This document shows, piece by piece, positions 28,492 through 39,284 of a DNA stretch of 64,000 nucleotides. Source of the DNA: an uncultured virus (IMG/VR IMGVR_UViG_2634166398_000002) (Duplodnaviria > Heunggongvirae > Uroviricota > Caudoviricetes); IMG/VR virus record IMGVR_UViG_2634166398_000002. One strand, 5' to 3'. A program made the translations under genes and the position numbers. The notes under the pieces were generated by a model, which was given only the letters and a program-made list of their open reading frames with translations, was not told where the DNA came from and ran no database searches. Numbering within the stretch: the first letter of the stretch is position 1; every line of letters starts with the position of its first letter.

Positions 28492-28591
28492 ACACCTTTT
28501 TAGAACGCCCAGGATGATTGCGGTACCCCCTTCCGCTCTATTGCTGGGCGTTTTATAAAACGTGTTTTTAGAAATTAACGGAGGTGAGTAG

Positions 28592-29641
28592 ATGAATATT
28601 GAAAAAATTGTTTGCTCCTGTTGTGGAAAAGAAAGAGACGCAGGGCAATATTACGCCTCTGCCTCCCCTTTTCACGCTGCAACAGGTAAGCTACACGTCT
28701 GTAAACAATGCTTATTAAAAATTGCTGACTCAGACATAGAAAGTCCTATCCATATACAAAATCTCTTACGAATGCTTGATAAACCATACTTACACACTAC
28801 CTGGATTTCTTCAATTGAAGAAGCAGCAAATAGAAATAGGCATTTATTTTCAATTTACATGAAGAATTTAGGTCTAAGACATAACCGCATGAAAACATGG
28901 CAAGACAGTGAGTTCGACGAAGATGGCACGAAAACACAGCAAGAAATAAACGCAGATCATCCATCTAAAGATGATGGCATTCAGTTAGATGATACCAATA
29001 AAAAAGATGTATTAAGGATGTTGGGATATGATCCGTTCGAAGGAGAAATTGAGAGTGATAAACGTCTTCTTTACAATAACCTAGTCAACTTCCTTGACGA
29101 AGGAACATTAGAGGACAATTTCAAACTACCCGCTGTAATTGAAATTGTAAAAGGATTTAATCAAATTGATAAAATAAACCGAGCAATTGCGACAATTACA
29201 AGTGACGTAGCTAATATGTCTAATCAGGCAGGCGGCATTAAATCCTTAATTGACTCCAAAGAAAAGATTCTCAAATCCATGCTGGCTTTAGCTAAAGACA
29301 ATGGTATCTCGGTAAACCATAACAACAATAAAAGCAAAGGTGCCGGGACTCTTTCTGGAATTATTAAAACACTTCAGGAGAAAGGCTTTGAAGAAGGAGA
29401 AGTTAATCAATTTGATATTGAAACAGCACAAGGGATAAGACAAGTAGCTGATTTAAGCAATAAAAGTATTATGGATCAATTGCAATTCGACGAGAATGAT
29501 TATACTTCAATGATTATGGAACAAAGAGAAATTATTCAGAGCTTAGATGCAAGAACAATTACTCTTGAAGAAGAAAACCGGAAGCTTAAGAAAGAATTAT
29601 TTAGCCTGAGAAAAACAGAAGGAACTTTGACAAATGACTAA
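28592..29641 (+). CDS. yonG: YonG-like protein, candidate small terminase
   Basis: N-terminal CxxC...CxxC; overlaps the large terminase start. Confidence 0.55.
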   Translation: MNIEKIVCSCCGKERDAGQYYASASPFHAATGKLHVCKQCLLKIADSDIESPIHIQNLLRMLDKPYLHTTWISSIEEAANRNRHLFSIYMKNLGLRHNRMKTWQDSEFDEDGTKTQQEINADHPSKDDGIQLDDTNKKDVLRMLGYDPFEGEIESDKRLLYNNLVNFLDEGTLEDNFKLPAVIEIVKGFNQIDKINRAIATITSDVANMSNQAGGIKSLIDSKEKILKSMLALAKDNGISVNHNNNKSKGAGTLSGIIKTLQEKGFEEGEVNQFDIETAQGIRQVADLSNKSIMDQLQFDENDYTSMIMEQREIIQSLDARTITLEEENRKLKKELFSLRKTEGTLTND

Positions 29642-31448
29642 AGCTAATATGTCTCAACGGAAAATAGATGGATTTATTAAGCTTGCCGAAGTCATTCAGT
29701 GGGGGCGAAAAAACCCGGTCAAATTTGTAGAAAGATTCTTCGGCATGGAACTTTTAGATTATCAAAAGTACGCTTTTACTGAAAGTTGGTACAAGCAATA
29801 TGTTCTTTGGTGCATGGGGCGAAACTCAGGAAAAACAACACTGGGAAGCCCTTTTATTATGGCCAAAAGTCTCCTGATCCCCAATTTCCAAGCGTATATC
29901 TTGGCTGGTGTTGGTTCACAATCGCAAGAGATGTTCTTAAAAATTGAAAAAATAGCGAAAAGAGAGATTGCGTCCTTTACCGGCCTTACAGACATTTTTT
30001 ATAACGAAACCGTTAAGAGTGCAGCAAACACTGATGGCTTCACCCACAACCCCGCATCATTTCAATACAAACTTTATAACGGAAGTATTGTAAATTCATT
30101 AAACGGATCCTTTGACAACAACCGCTCGAAGCGTTCTAATCTAAATTTCTATGATGAAAGTGGTTTTGCTCCTGATGAGCTTTTTACGACTTCTGAACCG
30201 TTTGCTGTTCAGAACAGTGATTTTAGACTAGGTGGAGATGTTGATGTCACTCTATTTCCTAAACAAATGCCCAACCAACTGATTTATGCCTCGTCAGCCT
30301 CTTCAACAGATACCTACTTCTATCGAAAATATAGCGATTTTGCTAAAAAGATGTTCTTAGGAGACAAAAGATATTTTGTCGCAGATATCAGTTCAGACAT
30401 TGTTATAAATGCCACCTTTAATGGAAAACTGTACCCTGTGTCTTTGCTATCCCAAGAAACTGTGGATGCAGCAATGAGAGATAACAAAGAAAAAGCTATG
30501 CGTGAATATAAGAACATATTCACCACCGAGGGATCAGACAATCAAATCATCAAACGTGCAATGATTATCAGAAATTCTGTAACGCGCCCCCCTGTTCTTG
30601 CTAATGATGGCTCCAGAAAATTTTTAATGGCCATCGACCCTGCAAGAAATCATGACAACTCAGTATGCACAGTTGCAGAGCTAATTAATGATGAGAATGT
30701 AGGCTACCGGCTTGAAATTTCTAATAATGTTTCTTGGACTGATCTAGAAAAGAAAAAGAAAACCCCAATTAAGACTCCTGATCAAGTTAAGGATTTTAAA
30801 AGGATGCTTCTAAATTACAATGGAACAAAGGCAGCTGATTATGAAAATATCGAAAGAATTCTCTTAGATGCCGGTGCTGGCGGTGGCGGTATGAATGCCT
30901 GGGCAGATGGTTTACTGGAGGACTGGACAGATACTAAGGGTGTTAAACACAGGGGTCTTATTGATAAACAACACGAAGAGTACAAATCTTACATTTCCAA
31001 GTATCCAAACGCCAGTGACAAACTCTCCCTCCTCTCACCTCAAAAACTAAAAAGCGACATGTTTGAATCTTTAATTGAGATGATGGATTTAAACTTAATA
31101 TCTTTTACTGAAACCTATGATTATAAGGGAGAAATCACTTTACCTACTGATAACGGTGAAGGAAAAAAGTACAAGCTAACCGATGAAGAAATTTTGTCTT
31201 TAACAAATATTGATTTATCAAAAGAAGAGCTTGTCAGCATCTATAAATTTTCTTCTGGCAGTAGTAGCAAAGTAAGGTATGACTTGCCTCCTGATAAGAA
31301 AAGTAAAGTTCACGACGACCGTGCATATACAATTGCAATGCTTGCTTGGTACTTAAAGCAACTAAGACGTGAAAACATAACAAAAAAAGAGCATCCCAAA
31401 ATTGATATGAATAAAATGTTCCTGTTTAAACAACCGCAAATTTCTTAA
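29634..31448 (+). CDS. yonF: Terminase large subunit
   Basis: YQ adenine motif, GRNSGKT, FYDE, ASSA, AIDPA nuclease motif, HDD. Confidence 0.9.
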   Translation: MTKANMSQRKIDGFIKLAEVIQWGRKNPVKFVERFFGMELLDYQKYAFTESWYKQYVLWCMGRNSGKTTLGSPFIMAKSLLIPNFQAYILAGVGSQSQEMFLKIEKIAKREIASFTGLTDIFYNETVKSAANTDGFTHNPASFQYKLYNGSIVNSLNGSFDNNRSKRSNLNFYDESGFAPDELFTTSEPFAVQNSDFRLGGDVDVTLFPKQMPNQLIYASSASSTDTYFYRKYSDFAKKMFLGDKRYFVADISSDIVINATFNGKLYPVSLLSQETVDAAMRDNKEKAMREYKNIFTTEGSDNQIIKRAMIIRNSVTRPPVLANDGSRKFLMAIDPARNHDNSVCTVAELINDENVGYRLEISNNVSWTDLEKKKKTPIKTPDQVKDFKRMLLNYNGTKAADYENIERILLDAGAGGGGMNAWADGLLEDWTDTKGVKHRGLIDKQHEEYKSYISKYPNASDKLSLLSPQKLKSDMFESLIEMMDLNLISFTETYDYKGEITLPTDNGEGKKYKLTDEEILSLTNIDLSKEELVSIYKFSSGSSSKVRYDLPPDKKSKVHDDRAYTIAMLAWYLKQLRRENITKKEHPKIDMNKMFLFKQPQIS

Positions 31449-31474
31449 AAGAAAGGAGTTGAAATTTGTAACAA

Positions 31475-32917
31475 ATGGATCAACAATTAATAAGCTTTGC
31501 GCAGCTGTCCAAGCTACTTCTCAACGACATGAGCTTAAATAATAACAAATCAGCTATTTCCTCAAAATTCACTAAAGAAAATATCATTATGTACCTTCAA
31601 AACCCTCAAAAAAGCCAAAAAGAATTGAGAAGAGTTAGCCGTTTTTTATATAACACCTCGCCTAACTATAAACGCCTGATTCAATATTTTGCAACTATGC
31701 TCCGCTTTGATTACATAATCAAACCTTTCGATTTAAATATAGACAAATTCAAAGAAAAACCCTTTAAAGATCAATATTCCAGCATATTAAAACTTATTGA
31801 AACAATGAATCTTCAGCACGAATTCACAAAACTATTGCTAATTGCCTTTAAAGAAGACGTCTTTTATGGATATGAGCATACAACATCTGATTCGTATTTC
31901 ATTCAAAAACTTGACCCAGATTATTGTAGGATAAGTTCCATTGAAGATGGAGTTTTCAACTACAGTTTTGACTTTGCTTATTTTGATTCTAATAAGGACA
32001 TCTTAAAGGATTATCCTAAAGAATTTAGGGTTAAGTATCTGAAATACACCAAAGACAAAACAGGCTTAAGGTGGCAAGAACTGAGCTCCGAAAACACTAT
32101 ATGTATCAAGGTAAATGAGGAACTTGAATATCTACTTCCCCCCTTCTCTTCAGTTTTTGAATCAGTTCTTGATATAGATGAAACCAAAAGACTTCGCAAT
32201 GTAAAAAACAAGATGGACAATTATATGATCCTAACACAAAAAATCCCCATGGATGAGAAATCTGGAGAAGCAGACAAGCTTTTATTGAACATGGAAACAG
32301 CCATTGATTTTCACAATATGGCAATGAATGCTCTGCCAGAAGAAGTTGGTCTAGTAACCTCTCCTATGCAAATTGAAGCAATTAAGCTTGAAAGAAAAAG
32401 CAATGATGCAGATGCTGTCGCAAAAGCTGAAAGAGATTATTATAATGCGGCCGGAGTCAGTCAAATATTATTCAACAGTGATGGAATGAGTGGAACAGGC
32501 CTATCTAAATCGATAATCACAGATGAACAAGTCGCTTTTAGAGTGTTAAAACAATTGGAACGATGGCTAAATAGGAAGCTCAAAAAAATGGATAGTGAAT
32601 ATAAATTCAGAATTGAGCTATTAGAAACTACAAAATTGAATGTAGAAACTGTACGAGACAGTTTGTTACAAGCAGCTCAATATGGAATGCCTGTTAAGTC
32701 TGCATTAGCTTCTACATTGGGGGTTACACAGAGCAATTTAAACAACATGGCATTTCTTGAGAATGAAATTATGAACTTGCCAGATAATTTAATACCTTTG
32801 TCCAGCTCTCACACACAAAGCGTTAAATCCGCTGGCGCCCCAAAGAAAAAAGAAGATGCTCTTTCCGATAAAGGTGTTGAAACGAGGGAAAATGAAGGAA
32901 ACCTTAATCGAGAGTAA
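31475..32917 (+). CDS. yonE: Portal protein
   Basis: 480 aa directly after terminase. Confidence 0.75.
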   Translation: MDQQLISFAQLSKLLLNDMSLNNNKSAISSKFTKENIIMYLQNPQKSQKELRRVSRFLYNTSPNYKRLIQYFATMLRFDYIIKPFDLNIDKFKEKPFKDQYSSILKLIETMNLQHEFTKLLLIAFKEDVFYGYEHTTSDSYFIQKLDPDYCRISSIEDGVFNYSFDFAYFDSNKDILKDYPKEFRVKYLKYTKDKTGLRWQELSSENTICIKVNEELEYLLPPFSSVFESVLDIDETKRLRNVKNKMDNYMILTQKIPMDEKSGEADKLLLNMETAIDFHNMAMNALPEEVGLVTSPMQIEAIKLERKSNDADAVAKAERDYYNAAGVSQILFNSDGMSGTGLSKSIITDEQVAFRVLKQLERWLNRKLKKMDSEYKFRIELLETTKLNVETVRDSLLQAAQYGMPVKSALASTLGVTQSNLNNMAFLENEIMNLPDNLIPLSSSHTQSVKSAGAPKKKEDALSDKGVETRENEGNLNRE

Positions 32918-32946
32918 TCAAATGATTTTTGAAAGGAGGTGAAAAT

Positions 32947-34428
32947 TTGGACAAAACGGTAGATAATTATGTGCCTCTTCTCTTTCAGAGCTTGGATTCA
33001 TTTGAAACAGAAGACACTCGATTCTTAAAGGTGAAAATTTGGCTGATGCATTTAGGGGAAAACCTAAATGGAAGCTATTTTAATAAAGAAGCAGTTCAAG
33101 CCGCTATCCCCTCTCTTGCTAATACTCCTATTTTATCCTACATAGAAGAGAACTCTGATGGGGATATTGATTTTTCAGACCACCGCATGGTTTTAATTAA
33201 AGAGGATGGTCACTTTAAAGTTAAGTATATCGGACAAGCTATCGGGCTCATTCCTGAGTCGAACAATGCAAAGTTTGAAAAACGAGTTTGTGATGACGGA
33301 ATAGAAAGAGAATTCCTTACTTGCGAAGGACTTGTATGGCAAAAATGGGACGATCCAATCGAAATATTCAACAGAAACAGCGTGAAGTCACAGTCCATGG
33401 AACTCCATGATGATTTTGAAGGGGAATGGATTGATGAAGTGTTCCATTTCACTAAATTTAGCTTTTTTGGTGCTTGTGCATTAGGAACTGATGTCCTCCC
33501 TGCTATGCAGTCTGCAACTATCGAAACTCAATTCTCAGAAGACAAAATGTTCAAAGGTATTCAAGAAAAAATGGAACTGTTTAAATCCATCAACACTGAT
33601 AAAGGAGGTATAAAGACTTTGGATAAAACAGAACTTTTAAAACAATTCTCTGTTACTAAAGAAGCGTTAGCCGCAAACGGAATCAATTATGAAGCACTTT
33701 CATATGAAGAGTTAAATCAAAAACTCAAAACAGCATACAAAGTTGACAGTAGCTTTTCCTTGTCAGCTAATCAGTTAGAAGCTGAATTAAAACGTACCCT
33801 TAGTGAAGAAAAGTTTGTGAAAACTTATAGTTGGGGTGAATCTGAAGAGCGAATTCGCTATTACTACGCAGATCAAAAAGACGATGAAGTTTTTGCATTT
33901 GATAACAAAGAAGACGGATTACTGTATGGCTTCAAATTCTCCATTTCAGAAGACAAGGTGACAATTGATTTTTCAACAAAACACCGAAAGAAGTTTGAAA
34001 TTGTAGATTTTATCGAAGGCAATGAATCAAAATTTTCTGTGGTGCCTGTTGAAAAACTAAAAGATGAACTTGAAGCAAAGGAAAAAGAGGTTGAACATAC
34101 TTACGCGTCGGTTAAAGAAGAAAATGAGGCACTCAAACAATTTAAAGCTGACACTCTTTCTTCACAACGTAAGGAAAAAGAAAAAGAGCTTTATGAAAAG
34201 TTCAATCTTGAACTATCTGAAGATGATATCAATTCAGTTAAAGCGATTTCTGAAGGTTTATCTATTCAACAGATTGAAGAGAAACTCTTCACTCTTTTAG
34301 GAAAAAAGAAAGCAAATTTTTCATCTTCGAAAAAAGAAAAAGATACAACTGTGAAAATACCTTTTAATAAAGAAAATGATGATACACAACTGGTTTATGG
34401 CGGGTTGTTCGAAAAGTTTTCAAACTAA
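32947..34428 (+). CDS. yonD: Prohead protease-scaffold protein
   Basis: N-terminal protease-like part (HLG, QSME, CALG), acidic helical C-terminal part; between portal and capsid genes. Confidence 0.65.
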   Translation: MDKTVDNYVPLLFQSLDSFETEDTRFLKVKIWLMHLGENLNGSYFNKEAVQAAIPSLANTPILSYIEENSDGDIDFSDHRMVLIKEDGHFKVKYIGQAIGLIPESNNAKFEKRVCDDGIEREFLTCEGLVWQKWDDPIEIFNRNSVKSQSMELHDDFEGEWIDEVFHFTKFSFFGACALGTDVLPAMQSATIETQFSEDKMFKGIQEKMELFKSINTDKGGIKTLDKTELLKQFSVTKEALAANGINYEALSYEELNQKLKTAYKVDSSFSLSANQLEAELKRTLSEEKFVKTYSWGESEERIRYYYADQKDDEVFAFDNKEDGLLYGFKFSISEDKVTIDFSTKHRKKFEIVDFIEGNESKFSVVPVEKLKDELEAKEKEVEHTYASVKEENEALKQFKADTLSSQRKEKEKELYEKFNLELSEDDINSVKAISEGLSIQQIEEKLFTLLGKKKANFSSSKKEKDTTVKIPFNKENDDTQLVYGGLFEKFSN

Positions 34429-34452
34429 ATAACATTTGGAGGAGGCATTTAA

Positions 34453-34995
34453 ATGTCAGGAGTTGTTCGTTTAGATAATTTGGCTGCCGTATACGGCGGC
34501 GCCCATATTCATTCTGTAAAAGCAAAACTTAATGTTGAAAATGGTAATGTTGGTGTGGTTGGAGTTCCGTATGAAGGTGAACGAGAGTTGCGCCTATTTA
34601 AAAGAGCTACAGATCCAGCCAAAGAAAAAGCTGCTATTGTTGCACAAGATGAGATTATGTATGACCAGACTCGCAGATCACAAAACAATTTAAAGTATTT
34701 CAAAATTGACGCCGGTCAAATTTTTAGAGTATACGACCTTGTTGAAGGCGACATCTTTTCTGTTTCACCAGACCTAATTGATGCTCTTGGTGAACAAGTT
34801 GTAATTGGAAATAAGGTCACCTTACAAGCTAATTCTTTCAAATATAAAGAGATTGCAGAGGCAGATGTAGCCGATCAAAGATTTGTAGGGCGAATCGAAG
34901 CCATCGAAAAGATTGGCACTCAAACAGTAACCGGGAAACCTGGTTATGTGGGCGGAATGCTTGATTTAGTCGTTATCAGAGTAGAACAAAACTAA
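34453..34995 (+). CDS. yonC: Head protein (decoration-like, YonC)
   Basis: Strong RBS; directly before capsid gene. Confidence 0.55.
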   Translation: MSGVVRLDNLAAVYGGAHIHSVKAKLNVENGNVGVVGVPYEGERELRLFKRATDPAKEKAAIVAQDEIMYDQTRRSQNNLKYFKIDAGQIFRVYDLVEGDIFSVSPDLIDALGEQVVIGNKVTLQANSFKYKEIAEADVADQRFVGRIEAIEKIGTQTVTGKPGYVGGMLDLVVIRVEQN

Positions 34996-35019
34996 TAATC
35001 ATAACTTGGAGGTTAATTA

Positions 35020-36012
35020 ATGAAACAAGATCTTGTGAAATTGGGTATTGATTTATATAAAAACAGAGTTACGGATTACTCAAATAATCAGGCAAATGAT
35101 GTTATCCGTAAAGCATTTGTAGAGATTATCGGTACTGACAAACCAAACTTTAGTCAATTTAGACGCTATAAGAATGATATCTTCGAAATTATTGAAGAGG
35201 TACTTGATCAAACAATTACCGATGGTATGATTGCCAGCCCTTTCTTCGAACAATTCGTGGATTACCGTGATTTAGCTCTTGGTGATACCAATGAATTTTA
35301 TGTTGAAGATAGAACAATGCTGGTAGCAGCGCGCCATTCAGGTAACCATTGGAGCATCAGACGGCAAAAATTGAATATTGGGGATACCTTTACTGTACAA
35401 ACTGAGCCGTATGCTATTGCAATTTACACTGACTTCAAACGGTTCTTAGCCGGTCGCATTGATTGGGACGCTTTCATCAAAAAAGTAAGTGAAGCATTCA
35501 CTCAGGAGTTGAATTCACGTATCTATACTGAATTCATGGCTTCTATGGCATACTTACCTGCTGAGTTCAAACAGACTGGCACCTATAATGACGCAACACT
35601 AATTGAGCAGGCAGAGCATGTTCAAGCAGCAAACCAAGGATCTCAAATCATTATTGCTGGAACACGCACAGCATTGTCTAAACTATCCGGTGCTACTACT
35701 CTCATGAGTGAAAATATGAAAGATCAAATTAACAAAAACGGTGTTCTCTCCGTTTGGAACGGATACTCCCTCCTTCCTATCCCTCAAAGCCACAAACCAA
35801 ACACTTTTGAATTCCAAATTGCAAATGATCGTTTGATGGTTCTACCAGCCAACGCCAAACCTATTAAGGTTGTCAAAGAAGGAACTCCTTTTATTAAAGA
35901 AGTATCCGATGGTACAACCAACCAAGATATGTCTATGGAGTACAAATTCATTACTCAATACGGAGTGGACACAGTATTTAACGTAATGTACGGTATGTAT
36001 CAATTTGCATAA
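35020..36012 (+). CDS. yonB: Major capsid protein
   Basis: 330 aa, position, followed by strong terminator. Confidence 0.75.
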   Translation: MKQDLVKLGIDLYKNRVTDYSNNQANDVIRKAFVEIIGTDKPNFSQFRRYKNDIFEIIEEVLDQTITDGMIASPFFEQFVDYRDLALGDTNEFYVEDRTMLVAARHSGNHWSIRRQKLNIGDTFTVQTEPYAIAIYTDFKRFLAGRIDWDAFIKKVSEAFTQELNSRIYTEFMASMAYLPAEFKQTGTYNDATLIEQAEHVQAANQGSQIIIAGTRTALSKLSGATTLMSENMKDQINKNGVLSVWNGYSLLPIPQSHKPNTFEFQIANDRLMVLPANAKPIKVVKEGTPFIKEVSDGTTNQDMSMEYKFITQYGVDTVFNVMYGMYQFA

Positions 36013-36043
36013 TATGAGGGCTATTTAGCCCTCATATATTTTT
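36012..36043 (+). terminator. Terminator after capsid gene
   Basis: ATATGAGGGCTA-TT-TAGCCCTCATAT plus T-run. Confidence 0.75.
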
Positions 36044-36064
36044 GATGAAAAAGGAGAGTTTTAA

Positions 36065-36598
36065 ATGGCAACAAAAGAAACTGCAATTGAATCTAATGAA
36101 GTGGTTACTGAAAAAGAAGCACCAAAAAAGAAAACAGTTAAGAAAAAGAAACAAATAAACCGTAATCAGTTGGTGTCATGTTTCAATGTAACGAGTGGAA
36201 GTTTGAAATACATCTCAAAAAAAACTGGGCTAGAAACTGTATGGAGTGCGTATGGGGATGAAGAATACATAGAGGTATCTGAATTGTTAACAATGAAATC
36301 GTCTCAGCCTAAATTTCTAACTGAGCCTTGGATTTTTATCGATGATGAGGAAGTTGTTCAATACTTAGGTTTAAGCAAGGTTTATCAACACATTATTCCT
36401 ATTGATGAAGTTGAAGAATTCTTCAATCTTTCAGCCACAGATGCCAAAGATATCTTACCTAAATTACCTAGAGGAATGAAGGAATTGATTGCTGACAAAG
36501 CTAGAAAAGGTGTTGAAAGTGGAGAATTTAATAATCTTCAGCTTCTTAAGCTATTGGAAAAAGAGCTCCATTTGGACATTCTTTCATTAGCAGATTAG
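36065..36598 (+). CDS. yonA: YonA-like protein
   Basis: Synteny. Confidence 0.55.
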   Translation: MATKETAIESNEVVTEKEAPKKKTVKKKKQINRNQLVSCFNVTSGSLKYISKKTGLETVWSAYGDEEYIEVSELLTMKSSQPKFLTEPWIFIDDEEVVQYLGLSKVYQHIIPIDEVEEFFNLSATDAKDILPKLPRGMKELIADKARKGVESGEFNNLQLLKLLEKELHLDILSLAD

Positions 36599-36610
36599 GA
36601 GGCGTAAAAT

Positions 36611-37042
36611 TTGCCTACTCCTTTTGAAGAAATCTACGGGTTCTTCCTTCCTAAGTTAACTGATTACTCATTTTTAAATATTTCCGACCAAGATTTGGCT
36701 GATACCTTAGAGCCTTTATTAAGGTCGTCATCTATTAAATTTAGAAGGTGTAAAAAGGACTTAACTGACAGGGATCAAGAACTCAAACAATTCAACGAAG
36801 ATCTATCTGATGAAGAAAAAGAAATTCTGGCCTGCTTTATGGTTGTAGAATATCTCACTCCCAAAATAGTTACTGCTGACCTTTTACATCAAACTCTGAG
36901 CTCTAAGGACTTCAAATTGTATTCGCAAGCGAACCATATTAAGGAGATTAGAGAGCTACGTAATTTAATCAAAAAAGAAGCTGAAGATTTAATGGTGCAA
37001 TATACATACTCAAATATAAGTATGAGAGGCTTTAGATCATGA
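36611..37042 (+). CDS. yomZ: YomZ-like head-tail adaptor candidate
   Basis: Synteny, helical. Confidence 0.55.
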   Translation: MPTPFEEIYGFFLPKLTDYSFLNISDQDLADTLEPLLRSSSIKFRRCKKDLTDRDQELKQFNEDLSDEEKEILACFMVVEYLTPKIVTADLLHQTLSSKDFKLYSQANHIKEIRELRNLIKKEAEDLMVQYTYSNISMRGFRS

Positions 37043-37359
37043 AGATGATAACAGATTCAAAAACTCAGTTAGCATACTTCAACTTTTTAAAGTCACGCAT
37101 CTTTAAAATCATTCCCCTCCTAGAAGAAAGTAATTATGGTATTAATAATTATGTCAGTTCACTAATCTTCGAATTATATGGAGCTCAGGATACTATTAAA
37201 TCTGCACATGATTGCTCTGATTATGTTGTGATACTTGCAACTCTAGAGTCCATTCGATTGAATATTTCATCACATGACTACAGTTTTCATGTCGTTAGAA
37301 AAGAAGTGTTTAAAGTTCTTGCAACCATTGAAAAAATAATGGGGAGAATGGAACATTGA
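37039..37359 (+). CDS. YomY-like protein
   Basis: Synteny, ATGA overlap. Confidence 0.5.
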   Translation: MKMITDSKTQLAYFNFLKSRIFKIIPLLEESNYGINNYVSSLIFELYGAQDTIKSAHDCSDYVVILATLESIRLNISSHDYSFHVVRKEVFKVLATIEKIMGRMEH

Positions 37360-38021
37360 ACTCTTTTGAAACATATAAAAAGAGGTTACTTGCATACGGC
37401 TCTACTCCTGATGAAGTTATAATTAATAACACGAAAGACACAATAAATAAGTCTTTTGATTCTTCACTCTTCTCTGAGAGCATTCCGATCAACGGTGAAT
37501 TAACCGATGTAATAATAAATCAGGGGAAAACCTCCGAAGATAAAACATTACTGTTTCGACCTGATTATGAATCCCATAAGGGAGCTATTGCGGAGATAAA
37601 CGATTCCCCTTTTCTTATTACAGAGTTTGATACAAACAGACTTTATCCCATAGCCAAGGCTAAATTATGTAACTCATCTATTTCACTAACATCATCTGAT
37701 CGTAAGATTCCATCTGGAAAGATTAATGAAATTACAGGAAAACCAATTATGATTACAGTTCCTGGTGAAAAGCTTGAAGTTCCTTGTGTCTTTGAGCGCA
37801 CAACCTCAATAATTGGATCCGAATTGGCCATAAACATTCCCGAAGGACAAGCACATGTCACCATCCCCTTTTTAAAACATGAAAAATTAAGGAAGGGTCT
37901 TTTTCTTTCTTTTTATGGCGAGGAATTCCGTGTTGATGATATAGACTATTCCAAGGTCTATGGAGACACCGGGACAATTAGACTTATAGCCAAAAAGAAA
38001 GTTGGAGGTGATAGTGAATGA
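37356..38021 (+). CDS. yomX: YomX-like head completion protein
   Basis: Synteny and size. Confidence 0.55.
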   Translation: MNSFETYKKRLLAYGSTPDEVIINNTKDTINKSFDSSLFSESIPINGELTDVIINQGKTSEDKTLLFRPDYESHKGAIAEINDSPFLITEFDTNRLYPIAKAKLCNSSISLTSSDRKIPSGKINEITGKPIMITVPGEKLEVPCVFERTTSIIGSELAINIPEGQAHVTIPFLKHEKLRKGLFLSFYGEEFRVDDIDYSKVYGDTGTIRLIAKKKVGGDSE

Positions 38022-38524
38022 GTATGATGGTCGAACATATGACAACTGTATTCAGAACCATTATGAATGATACTGAATTGAATCGTCTTTTATATTATAA
38101 AGATGACCCTCTCTCCTCTTCTCTCCCTGACGTTCAGACGTTGGAAAATTATTATGATCCAGTTGATGATTCCCCATCGATATTAAGCTCCATAATTAAA
38201 CGTGCTCCCAAAACTGATGATTTAACCGATCAACCAATTTGCAGGCTTTGTGTCTATCTTGGCAATGGAATCCCTAAACCCTCAACCCAAAGTGTGATGC
38301 TGCTAGATCAAGATTTGATGATTGATGTTTATACACACATTAACACCTATGAAGAGACTGAATTCAGGAACCTGAAAATTACGGATCGTATTTGTGACAT
38401 GCTCTTCAATCAAAATTTTGCTGGTATCGGTAAAAATGTTAAATACACAAGACTGCTCATATCGAACGCACCTGAAGGGTATTTGGGATACAAATTAATA
38501 TTCACTTTCGGAGCTATGAAATGA
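38018..38524 (+). CDS. yomW: YomW-like tail terminator candidate
   Basis: 168 aa; IDVY motif; synteny. Confidence 0.6.
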   Translation: MSMMVEHMTTVFRTIMNDTELNRLLYYKDDPLSSSLPDVQTLENYYDPVDDSPSILSSIIKRAPKTDDLTDQPICRLCVYLGNGIPKPSTQSVMLLDQDLMIDVYTHINTYEETEFRNLKITDRICDMLFNQNFAGIGKNVKYTRLLISNAPEGYLGYKLIFTFGAMK

Positions 38525-39246
38525 TTGATATGGAGTTTTTCATTACTGGAGAACCTATCTCTACAGAACTTGGTGAATGCAGATTCATTAAAGTTAAAGA
38601 GTACGGTCAGTTAGTCAATTATTTAAGGCTAATCAAAATGTCCAAAAAAGAGATCATTTATGTTTATAGCAAAGAAGATGTTAATCGTTTTGGGGAACTT
38701 GATGAGCTTATTGCTGAATTAAAAAAAATGACTCTTTATGAAATTTCGGGTACCCTTCCTAATTTTCAAGAAGCCTATAGCACAGTGTTTTCTAAAATGT
38801 TCAATGGAGAAGAAATACTGGATAAGCTTACTCCAGACAACTTCGATTCCATTAGAGAACTTGTATTAAAAATGTGTTGTTTGAAGGAAGAAAAAATAAG
38901 TTCCAATCCTGAGATTCAAAAAGCTAATGAGCGAAGCAAAAGAGTCAAGAGTCAAGATGTTGATCCAGTTGATATGGCAGATATCATTAGCACAGTGTCG
39001 ACTTATACAGGCTATCTTTATAAAGACATTAATGACATGACCCTGTTTCAACTTTATATGACTTATCACCGGATTGCTCAATTCAAGCAATATGATACTT
39101 CTACCCTCTTTGCCACAGTATCACCAGAAGCAGGTAAAAACATTGTGAACTGGGATAAACACATTGACTTATTTGAGGAAGAGAAACATTACATAACCCG
39201 AGATAAATTTATGAATGAGACCAAAGGTTTTTCTAAGGGCAGCTAA
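38521..39246 (+). CDS. yomV: YomV-like protein
   Basis: Synteny and size. Confidence 0.6.
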   Translation: MIDMEFFITGEPISTELGECRFIKVKEYGQLVNYLRLIKMSKKEIIYVYSKEDVNRFGELDELIAELKKMTLYEISGTLPNFQEAYSTVFSKMFNGEEILDKLTPDNFDSIRELVLKMCCLKEEKISSNPEIQKANERSKRVKSQDVDPVDMADIISTVSTYTGYLYKDINDMTLFQLYMTYHRIAQFKQYDTSTLFATVSPEAGKNIVNWDKHIDLFEEEKHYITRDKFMNETKGFSKGS

Positions 39247-39284
39247 TAGCTGTTCCTTTTTTATTTTAAGGAGGAAATCTATAG

